From an uncultured Acidimicrobiaceae bacterium (GTDB lineage Bacteria; Actinomycetota; Acidimicrobiia; Acidimicrobiales; RAAP-2), in assembly GCA_963755495.1 (NCBI GenBank), contig CAVWJS010000012.1, positions 262,423 through 326,422 on the forward strand: DNA of 64,000 nt, written 5' to 3'. The translations under genes and the position numbers were made by a program. The notes under the pieces were generated by a model. That model did not search any database. It saw only the letters and a program-made list of their open reading frames with translations, and was not told the origin of the DNA. The number at the start of each line of letters is the position of its first letter. Position 1 is the stretch's first letter. Positions 53,487 through 61,994 of this stretch are shown here, in pieces.

Positions 53487-53683
53487 GCGTCAGTACTGCG
53501 TCCTACGTGGTGTGGGGAGCGATCGGCGCCTTGCCCCTCTTTCTGTGGTGGCTCTCCTCTGTACGGCCGTCGGCGGTGGCGCACCCGTCCGATGTGGTCG
53601 AGAAGGCGGCGACCCATCCGGTCGGACGGGTCATCCTTGTGGTGGGCTTCATGTGGCTGGGCTGGCACCTCTTCGCCCGCTGA
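53483..53683 (+). CDS. hypothetical small 2-TM membrane protein (66 aa)
   Basis: This is the tail of ORF 52802..53683, from ATG 53483 (ATGA overlap with the preceding ORF). It reads MSVSTASYVVWGAIGALPLFLWWL...GRVILVVGFMWLGWHLFAR. Confidence 0.45.
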   Translation: MSVSTASYVVWGAIGALPLFLWWLSSVRPSAVAHPSDVVEKAATHPVGRVILVVGFMWLGWHLFAR

Positions 53684-53701
53684 GCCGTCCAGGGTCGTCG
53701 C

Positions 53702-54124
53702 TCAAGCGTCCTTGCGGGTGAGGGCCACGACCGGGATGACCCGGCTGGTGGCCTTTTCGTAGTCGGCGAAGCCGGGCATGAGCTTCTTCTGCCGGTCGAA
53801 GATCTCGTCGCGCCTGGCGCCGGTGATCACGGTGCCGATGGCCTGGAATTTGTCGGCCCCGTACTCGACCTCGACTTCGGGGTGGGCCACGATGTTGTAG
53901 TACCAGTCCGGGTTCGATGGCGCCCCGCCCTTGGAGGCGAAGATGTAGAGCGTCCCGTCATCCTCGGGCAGGCTTACCAAGGGGTTGACCCGGGGCTGGC
54001 CGGATTTGGCACCCTTGGTGGTGATGATGACGATCGGTGCGCCGGCGAACCCGCCACCGACCACCCCGTCGTTGCTCCGGAACTCGTCGATGATGGTTTG
54101 GTTGAAGTTGCTCATATCGGTCAT
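53702..54124 (-). CDS. deazaflavin (F420)-dependent nitroreductase family protein (Ddn/DUF385-like)
   Basis: ORF 53702..54124. It shows FNQTIIDEFRSNDGVVGG, IVIITTKGAKSGQPRVNPL, and YIFASKGGAPSNPDWYYN, the family signature. Confidence 0.85.
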   Translation of the reverse strand: MTDMSNFNQTIIDEFRSNDGVVGGGFAGAPIVIITTKGAKSGQPRVNPLVSLPEDDGTLYIFASKGGAPSNPDWYYNIVAHPEVEVEYGADKFQAIGTVITGARRDEIFDRQKKLMPGFADYEKATSRVIPVVALTRKDA

Positions 54125-54181
54125 GGATCGAGCGTACTGCTGGGTCGGTCGCCCAGCGCAGCCCCGCTACGCTGGGCCGTC

Positions 54182-54970
54182 ATGCCCTCGTACCTGGCGG
54201 ACATCCTCGCCGCGCATCGAGCAGACGCTCGGGGCGATCGCCGTGACCCCGACGAGCTGGCCGCGCAGACGGCGTCGCTGCCGGTGCCCCGGGACTTCAC
54301 TTCCTCCCTGCGGGGGGAGGGCCTCTCGTGCATCGCCGAGATCAAGCGGCGTTCGCCGTCCAAGGGCGATCTCAACCTCGAGCTCCAGCCCGACCTGGTG
54401 GCCAAGGACTACGCCGCCGGCGGAGCGTCCTGCCTCTCGGTGCTGACCGATGTGCGGTTTTTCGGCGGTTCGGCCGAGGACCTTCGCCTGGCCCGCGCTG
54501 CTTGCGACCTCCCGGTACTGCGCAAGGATTTCACCGTGTCCGAGCTCGACGTCGTCGAGGCCCGCCTCATGGGGGCCGATGCCGTACTGCTGATTGCCGC
54601 CGCGCTGAATGACGGAGAGCTGGGGCGGTTTCACCGAAGGGCGACCGCCTTGGGGTTGGCGGCGTTGGTGGAGGTGCACGACGAGGCGGAGCTGGACCGG
54701 GCGCTGGCGGCCGGCGCGCGCCTGATCGGGGTCAACCAGCGGGACCTACGCACGTTCGCCGTCGACCAGGACCGGGCACGGGTGCTGGCCGCCCGTATCC
54801 CGCGCGGTGTGGTGGCGGTGGCGGAGTCGGGCATCCGGGACGGCGGCGACGCCCGCCGGCTGGCTGATGCGGGCTATGACGCCATTTTGGTGGGCGAGAC
54901 CCTGGTGCGGGCCGAGGACCGAACGGCGGCGTTGGGGTCCCTCGTGGGATATCGGGTGGGAACGCGATGA
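54182..54970 (+). CDS. trpC: indole-3-glycerol phosphate synthase
   Basis: This is the tail of ORF 53882..54970, from ATG 54182. It shows CIAEIKRRSPSKG, CLSVLTD..FFGGS, LPVLRKDF, LVEVHD, LIGVNQRDL and AESGI. Confidence 0.9.
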   Translation: MPSYLADILAAHRADARGDRRDPDELAAQTASLPVPRDFTSSLRGEGLSCIAEIKRRSPSKGDLNLELQPDLVAKDYAAGGASCLSVLTDVRFFGGSAEDLRLARAACDLPVLRKDFTVSELDVVEARLMGADAVLLIAAALNDGELGRFHRRATALGLAALVEVHDEAELDRALAAGARLIGVNQRDLRTFAVDQDRARVLAARIPRGVVAVAESGIRDGGDARRLADAGYDAILVGETLVRAEDRTAALGSLVGYRVGTR

Positions 54971-55671
54971 ATGCGAAAGAGGATGGTGAGGGCGCACTCT
55001 TCGTCAAGATCTGCGGCATCACCTCCGAGGCCGACGCATTGCTGGCCGTGAGCCTGGGCGCCGACGCCGTCGGATTCATGTTCGCTCCCTCGACACGGCA
55101 GATCTCGGTGCAACTGGCGGGCGACATCGCCAAGCGACTGCCCCCGGAAATCCTGACGGTCGGGGTCTTCCGCGACGAGGCGCCGCAACGCGTCGTGGAG
55201 AGGGTCCAGCGCGCCGGCCTTGGCGCGGCGCAACTCCACGGGCACGAGTCTGCGCCGGAGACGGCTTGGGTGCGGGCCCGGCTGCCGCTGGTGATCAAGG
55301 CGTTCCCCGCCGGCGACCGTACCATCAGCCGCTTCGACGAGTTCGGGGCCGACTACCTGTTGATCGACGGGGCCAATCCCGGATCAGGCGAGGTCTTCGA
55401 CTGGCGGTTGGCCGAAGGCGTGGCGGACCCGACGCGGATGATCGTGTCGGGGGGCCTGCGTCCGGGCAACGTGGCCCAAGCCGTGGCTCATCTCCGTCCT
55501 TACGGTGTCGACGTCTCGACCGGCGTCGAGTCCGCCCCGGGTCGCAAGGATCCGTTGAAGATGCGCGACTTCATCGTCAACGCCCGCGCCGCCGCCCTGC
55601 AAGTCGAGACCCGTGACCCTCTCGACGGCGTCCCCGGCGACCACGAGCCCTACGACTGGCGGGATGCCTGA
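54967..55671 (+). CDS. trpF: phosphoribosylanthranilate isomerase
   Basis: ORF 54967..55671. Its ATGA start overlaps the trpC stop. It shows [40 protein letters not shown], and [13 protein letters not shown]....[14 protein letters not shown]. Confidence 0.88.
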   Translation: MNAKEDGEGALFVKICGITSEADALLAVSLGADAVGFMFAPSTRQISVQLAGDIAKRLPPEILTVGVFRDEAPQRVVERVQRAGLGAAQLHGHESAPETAWVRARLPLVIKAFPAGDRTISRFDEFGADYLLIDGANPGSGEVFDWRLAEGVADPTRMIVSGGLRPGNVAQAVAHLRPYGVDVSTGVESAPGRKDPLKMRDFIVNARAAALQVETRDPLDGVPGDHEPYDWRDA

Positions 55672-55672
55672 C

Positions 55673-56875
55673 ATGAGCGACACCACCGACAAGACGAGTC
55701 TTATGAGCGAGCCCGGTTCGAATGGGCGCTTCGGTGAATTCGGGGGGCGATTCGTCCCCGAGTCATTGATGCCGGCCTGCCTTGATCTCGAGCAGGCCTT
55801 CAAGGAGGCCTGGGCCGATCCGGCATTCCATCGGGAGCTCGACGACCTGCTGATCCACTACGGCGGACGGCCCACCCCGGTCACCGAGTGTCGACGGCTC
55901 TCGGAGAGGCTGGGCGTGCGGGTGCTGCTCAAGCGCGAGGACCTGGCGCACACCGGCTCGCACAAGATCAACAACGTGGTGGGTCAGGCGCTTCTCACGC
56001 GGCGCATGGGAAAGACACGCATCATCGCCGAGACCGGGGCCGGCCAGCACGGTGTGGCGTCGGCCACCGCTGCCGCGTTGTTCGGTCTCGACTGCACGGT
56101 CTTCATGGGCGAGGTGGACACGAAGCGCCAGGAGCTCAACGTCTTCCGCATGGAGCTCCTGGGGGCCGAGGTTCGTCCGGTGACCTCGGGCAGCCGCACG
56201 TTGAAGGATGCGGTGAACGAGGCCATGCGCGAGTGGGTGGCCTCGGTGGAGCACACGCACTATTGCCTGGGCTCGGTCATGGGGCCGCACCCCTTCCCCT
56301 ACATGGTGCGCGAATTCCAGCGTGTGGTCGGCGACGAGGCGCATGCACAGTGCCGCACGATTCTGGACGGCGCTGACCCCGATGTCGTGGTGGCGTGCAT
56401 CGGTGGTGGTTCGAATGCGGCAGGGACGTTCGCCGGGTTCGTCGACACGGGGACGCGCCTGGTCGGTATCGAGGCGGCCGGTGGCGCCGCCATCGCCAAC
56501 GGGATCCCGGGCGTGCTGCACGGCATGCACTCGCGGCTCTTGCAGGATGAGGCGGGGCAGATCCTCGAGGCGGAGTCGATCTCGGCCGGTCTCGACTACC
56601 CTGGACTCGGTCCTGAGCACGCCCACCTGGCCGCCATCGGGCGGGCGGAGTACAACACGGCCAATGATGCCGAGGTGCTCGAGGCGTTCAAGCTGCTGGC
56701 CCACACCGAGGGCATCATTCCCGCTCTCGAGTCGGCCCACGCCGTGGCCTGGGTGGCGCGTGCGGCCGGCACTGACGCTTTGCCGTCGGGCTCGACCGTG
56801 CTCATCACGCTGTCGGGACGCGGCGATAAGGACGTGGCCCAGGTGCGCGAGATCTTTGGTCGCACTGGTGCATGA
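55673..56875 (+). CDS. trpB: tryptophan synthase beta chain
   Basis: This is the tail of ORF 55613..56875, from ATG 55673. It shows [13 protein letters not shown], the PLP lysine context [32 protein letters not shown] and SAGLDYPG. Confidence 0.93.
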   Translation: MSDTTDKTSLMSEPGSNGRFGEFGGRFVPESLMPACLDLEQAFKEAWADPAFHRELDDLLIHYGGRPTPVTECRRLSERLGVRVLLKREDLAHTGSHKINNVVGQALLTRRMGKTRIIAETGAGQHGVASATAAALFGLDCTVFMGEVDTKRQELNVFRMELLGAEVRPVTSGSRTLKDAVNEAMREWVASVEHTHYCLGSVMGPHPFPYMVREFQRVVGDEAHAQCRTILDGADPDVVVACIGGGSNAAGTFAGFVDTGTRLVGIEAAGGAAIANGIPGVLHGMHSRLLQDEAGQILEAESISAGLDYPGLGPEHAHLAAIGRAEYNTANDAEVLEAFKLLAHTEGIIPALESAHAVAWVARAAGTDALPSGSTVLITLSGRGDKDVAQVREIFGRTGA

Positions 56876-57638
56876 GCTCGAAGCATCGTTGCGGGCTAAG
56901 CGGGCCGACGGTCGCAAGCTCCTGATTCCCTACCTCATGGGTGGGATGACCGACGACTGGCAGCAGACACTCGCCGCCGTGGTGGCGGCCGGCGCCGACG
57001 CCGTAGAGGTCGGCATCCCGTTTTCCGATCCCATGATGGACGGGCCGGTCATTCAGGAAGCGGCACTTAATGCACTGGAGCGTGGCACCGTGCCCGATCA
57101 GGTGCTCGACGGTATCGCCCGGGCGGAGGCCACTGTGCCGATAGCGGTGATGACGTACTACAACATCGTCTACCGGGCCGGGCACAAGCGCATGGCCAAC
57201 TCAATGCTGGCGGCGGGCGTGAGTGGTGCGATCATCCCCGATCTCTCCCTCGAGGAGATCGGACCTTGGGCCGAGGAGGCCGACGCGGCCGGAGTGGAGA
57301 CCGTGCTCTTGGTGGCCCCTTCGAGTCCGGACGATCGGGTGGCCCGTATCGCTGCCCGCGCCCGCGGGTTCGTCTACGCCGTGTCCCGTATGGGTGTCAC
57401 CGGGGAACGGGCCGATGTGGGCGATGAAGCCCGACGGGTCGTCGAGCGGATTCGACGTCATACCGACATGCCGGTCTGTGTGGGTGTGGGTGTCTCGACG
57501 CCGGATCAGGCGACGGAGGTATGCGAGGTGGCCGACGGCGTCGTGGTCGGTTCGGCGCTGGTCCGCCGACTCCTCAGCCGGGGCGGTCCCGAAGCGGCCG
57601 CAGAGTTCGTCGGCTCGCTCCGCCAGGCCATCGACTGA
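56868..57638 (+). CDS. trpA: tryptophan synthase alpha chain
   Basis: This is the tail of ORF 56322..57638, from GTG 56868 (8-nt overlap with trpB). It shows [50 protein letters not shown] and VGVGVS. Confidence 0.9.
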   Translation: MHELEASLRAKRADGRKLLIPYLMGGMTDDWQQTLAAVVAAGADAVEVGIPFSDPMMDGPVIQEAALNALERGTVPDQVLDGIARAEATVPIAVMTYYNIVYRAGHKRMANSMLAAGVSGAIIPDLSLEEIGPWAEEADAAGVETVLLVAPSSPDDRVARIAARARGFVYAVSRMGVTGERADVGDEARRVVERIRRHTDMPVCVGVGVSTPDQATEVCEVADGVVVGSALVRRLLSRGGPEAAAEFVGSLRQAID

Positions 57639-57723
57639 CCTCTCAACGCCTGTGTCCAGGTAGACCCCTGGCAAGGGGCCCGTCAGTGCCGTAGGGTCGG
57701 GGGTGATTCGTTACTCCATTGGG

Positions 57724-57855
57724 GAGCGGACGGGTCGATGGCGAGCCGAGGTTCAACACGGAGCCTGCGGTTCTACAGGGAGTCGTTGGTTCCAAACCGA
57801 GCCGACGTTTCGTCGATGAGCCGAAGGTTCGACAGCGAGCCTACGGTTCGACCAC
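57724..57855 (+). repeat. seven tandem 19-nt units, consensus GAGCCgnCGGTTCgACAnc (mini-hairpin / dyad array)
   Basis: Units start at 57724, 57743, 57761, 57780, 57799, 57818 and 57837. The array lies in the trpA-to-PRC-barrel intergenic region and ends 14 nt before the GTG at 57870. Confidence 0.9.
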
Positions 57856-57869
57856 GGGGGATTTGAAAG

Positions 57870-58523
57870 GTGGCCATGGCCGAGGCGACGCAGTTCACGA
57901 TCGGGACGAGTGTCCACTGTCGCGACGGGGATTGTGGCCAGTTGATCCGCATTGTCGTCAACCCGGTCGCTCGGGAAGTGACGCAGATCGTCGTCGAGCC
58001 GAAGCATCGGGCCGGTCTGGGCCGTCTGGTTCCGCTCTCCCTCGTGGAGTCGTCGACCGACACCGTCGCGCTCAGGTGCAGCCGGGCCGAGTTCGAAGCC
58101 CTCGAATTCGCCGAGGAGACGCGCTTTTTGCCCGGCACCGATCTGTTGCCGGGTTACGGGTCGAGTCAGGTCTTCGCGTTGCCGTACTTTGGATTAGGGA
58201 CAGGCAACGTGGCGCAGCCTCCCGTGACCATAGACACCTTGCCGCTGGGAGAAGTGGCGGTGCGGCGAGACGAGATCGTCCATGCCACTGACGGCGAGAT
58301 CGGTCGGGTCGAAGGGCTCGTCATTGAGCCGGCCCATAATCATGTGACACACGTCCTCCTTCAGGAGGGACATCTCTGGGGACGCAAGAAAGTGGCGATC
58401 CCCATCGGCGCGGTGGCAGCGATCGACGTAGGTGGGTTACGCCTCAAGGTCACCAAAAAAGAGGTGGAAGACCTGCCGGCGGTGGATGTGAAAAACCTGA
58501 CGGGGTCTGCGTCGTCGGTCTGA
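57870..58523 (+). CDS. tandem PRC-barrel domain protein
   Basis: ORF 57870..58523 (GTG 57870 or ATG 57876, with GAAAGG upstream). It has two PRC-barrel-like segments: IGTSVHCRDGDCGQLIRIVVNPVAREVTQIVVEP and VHATDGEIGRVEGLVIEPAHNHVTHVLLQEGHLWGRKKVAIPIGAV. Confidence 0.7.
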   Translation: MAMAEATQFTIGTSVHCRDGDCGQLIRIVVNPVAREVTQIVVEPKHRAGLGRLVPLSLVESSTDTVALRCSRAEFEALEFAEETRFLPGTDLLPGYGSSQVFALPYFGLGTGNVAQPPVTIDTLPLGEVAVRRDEIVHATDGEIGRVEGLVIEPAHNHVTHVLLQEGHLWGRKKVAIPIGAVAAIDVGGLRLKVTKKEVEDLPAVDVKNLTGSASSV

Positions 58524-58541
58524 TCCTTTAGGACTGAGCCT

Positions 58542-59740
58542 CTATTTCGGGGGGAGCAGGACCAAGCACCCGTTGTGGCCGCCGAAGCCAAAGGAGTTCG
58601 ACAAGACGGCGGTCGGTTCCCACGCCAGGGGCTCGCCGTGCACCACGCGCAGTGTGATCTCGGGATCGGGTTGCTCGTATCCCGCGGTGGGCGGAATCAG
58701 GGAATGGTGAATGGTCAGCGCCGCGGCCACGGCCTCGATGGCACCGGCCGCACCCAGAGCGTGGCCTGTCACACCCTTTGTCGAAGTGACCAGCGGGCCA
58801 GGCTCCCCGAACACCTTGTTGATGGCCCGGGACTCGGCCAGGTCGTTGAGTGGGGTCGAGGTTCCGTGGGCATTGATGTGCCCGACGTCGGAAGCTGAAA
58901 TGCCAGCGTCGGCGAGGGCCAATTCCATGCAGGCCATGGCGCCGGTGCCATCAGGCGAGGGGGCGGTGATGTGGTGGGCGTCGGCGGTGCTGGCTGAGCC
59001 CGCCAGCTCGGCGTAGATGGTGGCGCCGCGGGCGACGGCACGATCCCAGTCCTCGAGCACGAGGGAAGCCGCACCTTCGGTCGAGACAAATCCATCACGG
59101 CGCACATCGAACGGACGCGAGTGGCCGGAGGTCGAGAGCGCAGTCATGTTGGTGAAGGCGGCGATGGCCACCGGGTGCAGGCTGGCCTCGGCGCCGCCGC
59201 TGACGACGACATCACACCGGCCCGATGCCACCAGTCGTGCCGCGGCACCGACGGCATGGGTGCCTGCGGCACATGCCGTCACGATGACCTCGGCCGGCCC
59301 GTGCCAACCGAGCCGCATGGAAATCCCCGCGGCACCGGCGTTGGCCATCATCATGGGGACCAGGCGGGGGAAACGCGACGTGCCCCGCGCTCGTTGTAGA
59401 CGCCCACCTGTTCGGCCAGGGTTTCGAATCCGCCGACACCGGTGGCGAAGATGACACCGGATCGGGCCGGGTCGGCCCCGATCTCGCCGGCGTCCTTCAC
59501 CGCCAAGTCGGCGGCGGCGATGCTGAATTGCGCGAATCGGTCAATCTGACGCACCTCTTTGGGCCCGAACCACTGTTCGGGGTCGAAGCCTCGAACAGCA
59601 CCTCCGACGACGGAGGGATGCAGGAGGCCGTCCCACAGGGCATCGACGCCCACCCCGCAGCAGGTGACTGCGCCAAGTCCAGTGATCGCGACCCGCCGAC
59701 CCGGGATCGGGGCGCCATCTGGACCTATCCCCAGTTGCAT
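58542..59740 (-). pseudogene. fabF: beta-ketoacyl-ACP synthase II; frame break at 59355-59372 in this assembly
   Basis: ORF 59351..59740 encodes the N-terminus (RRVAITGLGAVT...YNERGARRVSP and then AWSP-stop). ORF 58542..59354 continues one frame over: MMMANAGAAGISM...TACAAGTHA (active-site Cys)...HITAP...NAHGTSTP...SFGFGGHNG. The junction lies at a C5 run on the coding strand. Confidence 0.88.
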
Positions 59741-59979
59741 CAGAGCTTGGAGGAGATCAGATCGAAGGCTTCGCCGATGGTGGTGACGTCCTCTAGTTCG
59801 GTCTCTTCCACGGTGATGTCGAAGGACTCCTCGAGGGCCATGACCAGTTCGACCAGGTCAAGGCTGTCGGCGTCAAGATCCTCGGCGAACTTGGCCTCCT
59901 TGGTGACCTTTTCTGCCGGCACCTGCAGCACCTCTACGGCGCACTCCCGAAACTTCTCGAACGCTGCGTCGCTGTCCAC
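59740..59979 (-). CDS. acpP: acyl carrier protein
   Basis: ORF 59740..59979 (GTG start, GGAG 6 nt upstream). It carries the phosphopantetheine site LDADSLDLVELVMALEE. Its stop overlaps the fabF ATG (ATGA). Confidence 0.9.
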   Translation of the reverse strand: MDSDAAFEKFRECAVEVLQVPAEKVTKEAKFAEDLDADSLDLVELVMALEESFDITVEETELEDVTTIGEAFDLISSKL

Positions 59980-60014
59980 AATCTGCTCCTTGTTTGGTTT
60001 GGTAAATCCCCACG

Positions 60015-60740
60015 TTACAAGCCCATGCCCAGTCCGCCGTCGACCGGGAGGACAGCCCCGGTGATGTAGGCCGCCGCATCCGAGGCCAAGAATCCGACAA
60101 CCCCGGCTATGTCCTCGACGGAGCCGATGCGGCCCAGCGGGACCTGGCTCGTCATTTGGCTCACCCGGTCATCGCCCAGGGCGCTCGTCATGTCGGTAGC
60201 GACCAGGCCTGGTGCCACCACGTTGACCGTGATTTGGCGGCTACCCACCTCGCGGGCGATGGCCCGTGCCATTCCGACCAGCCCTGCCTTGGAAGCTGCG
60301 TAGTTGGCCTGGCCCGGGAGCCCGACATAGGCGCTGACCGAGGAGAGGAAAATGATGCGGCCAGTGTGGAGTCGGAGCATCTTGGCTACTGCTCGTTTGG
60401 CCACCCGGAACGAACCGGTCAGATTGGCGTTGATCACTTCGGTGAAGGCGTCCTCGCTCATCCGCAGCATGAGGCCATCTCGCGTGATGCCGGCGTTGGC
60501 CACCAGGACCTCGACCGGTCCCCACGCACTCTCGATGGTGGTGAACGCCGATTCGACCTGCTCGCCGTCGGTGACGTCGCAACGCACGGCGAGGAAACGG
60601 TCGGCATCGAAACCTTCGGGCGGCGTCGGAGGATCGCTGGAGCGATAGGTCGTGGCCACTTGATCGCCGTTCGCCAGGAACCACCGCACGCAGGCCTCGC
60701 CTATGCCCCGGGTTCCACCCGTGACGAGTACGACCGCCAT
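60015..60740 (-). CDS. fabG: 3-oxoacyl-ACP reductase FabG (SDR)
   Basis: Lies in ORF 60015..60920, from ATG 60740. It shows MAVVLVTGGTRGIGEA, NAGITRD, the catalytic SS...YAASKAG, and PGLVATDMT. Confidence 0.9.
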   Translation of the reverse strand: MAVVLVTGGTRGIGEACVRWFLANGDQVATTYRSSDPPTPPEGFDADRFLAVRCDVTDGEQVESAFTTIESAWGPVEVLVANAGITRDGLMLRMSEDAFTEVINANLTGSFRVAKRAVAKMLRLHTGRIIFLSSVSAYVGLPGQANYAASKAGLVGMARAIAREVGSRQITVNVVAPGLVATDMTSALGDDRVSQMTSQVPLGRIGSVEDIAGVVGFLASDAAAYITGAVLPVDGGLGMGL

Positions 60741-60744
60741 CAGT

Positions 60745-61994
60745 TCACGTCCGATCCGGCACGCGCAACCAGACCAATGGCTGGCCGTCTTGGACCCGTT
60801 CCCCCGCTGCCGCGAGCCACCCGATGACCTGGCCGGCGAAGGGGGTGCGCACCTCGGTGACACCGACCCGGCCGACGACGTCACCGACGGCCACGACCGA
60901 GATGGCGCCAGCGTCGGCATCAGGCCCGCCCTCGGTGCCCGGCAGAAGGCCGGTTCCCGGAGCGCGCAGGGATTCCTCGGGGACGAAGATGCCGCTACTG
61001 GGGCTCACCACCACCCGCTCGGAGGTATAGAGGTGCTCGCCCTGGTGCAGGGCGGGCTCGGCCCGCCACGTGCCCGCTTCGGCGATCTGATCCATCAGGG
61101 TGTCGAGATCGGCCGGCTTGGTTACCGCCAATGATTGGATCTCGGGCAGGCTCCGCTTGGCCAGGCCGCTGAGCACGCCTCCGGGCCCGAGCTCGATGAG
61201 CGAAGTCAGTCCGAGCCCGGCGAAGGTCTCCAAGCGTCTGGCGCCAGCGCACCGGGCTGCAGAACTGGGCCGAAAGGAGGCCGGGCCAATCGGCTGGGTC
61301 GTCGTGGACCCGGGCGTCGACGTTGGCCACGACCCGCACCTCGGGCGTGCGGAAGGTGACCTTGGCCAGCGCCTCTCGCAGTGGCGCCCGGGCCCCCTGC
61401 ATGAGCGGTGTGTGGAAGGCGCCTGAGACCGGGAGGGGCATGACCCGTTTGGCGCCGAGTTCCTTGGCCAGTCTCCCGGCCAGCGCGACCGCTTCCTCGG
61501 TCCCGGCGATCACGACCTGACCCGGTGCGTTGTAGTTGGCCACCCAGACGTCGCCCTCCGCCCTCTGGCAGGCTGCCTCGGCGTCATCATCGGAGATCCC
61601 AAGGAGGGCGGCCATGGTTCCGGGGGCCTCGTCACCCGCTTGGGCCATGGCGTTTCCGCGGGCGACAACGAGTTGGATGCCATCTTCGAACGTCGAGCGC
61701 GCCGCTCGCCACGAGGGCGGTGTACTCGCCCAAGCTGTGCCCGGCGCAGGCGGCGGGGGAGAGGCCCAGGCGCTCCACGGCGTCGAGGGCGACCAGGCTG
61801 AGGACGGTGGTGGCCAGCTGGGCGTTCTCGGTCCGGGTCAGCTCTTCTATCGGTGCCTCCAAGAGCAGGTACGACAGGTCTCGACCGGCTGATTCGGATG
61901 CCTCTCCGACGAACTCCCACGAAGGATGGTCGACCCAGGGCTGGCCCATGCCGGACCGCTGTGAACCCTGTCCTGGGAAGGTGAAAACCAACAC
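60745..61994 (-). pseudogene. fabD: malonyl CoA-ACP transacylase FabD with C-terminal biotinyl/lipoyl-like domain; two frame breaks in this assembly
   Basis: The gene is split into three minus-strand ORFs in three frames. ORF 61632..62069 carries FTFPGQGSQ...GHSLGEYTALVASGAL. ORF 60995..61648 carries MAQAGDEAPGTMAALLG...ANYNAPGQVVIAG...PVSGAFHTPLM...CSPVRWRQTL. ORF 60745..61233 carries ETFAGLGLTSLIELGPGGVLSGL plus the extra domain. The start could be GTG 61994 or ATG 62069. Confidence 0.85.

Noticed and set aside
57724-57855. Whether the 19-nt array, or the 20-nt, 15-nt and 126-bp tandem repeats, could be a CRISPR array.
   Set aside because: The units are directly adjacent with no unique spacers and are far shorter than CRISPR repeats (or lie inside a CDS). 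No cas genes are present in the window.
59351-59375. Programmed ribosomal frameshifting as an explanation for the fabF, fabD, secD and kinase frame breaks.
   Set aside because: No slippery heptamer plus downstream structure is evident at the junctions, these gene families are not known to use recoding, and the breaks are heterogeneous. Indel error is the simpler explanation.
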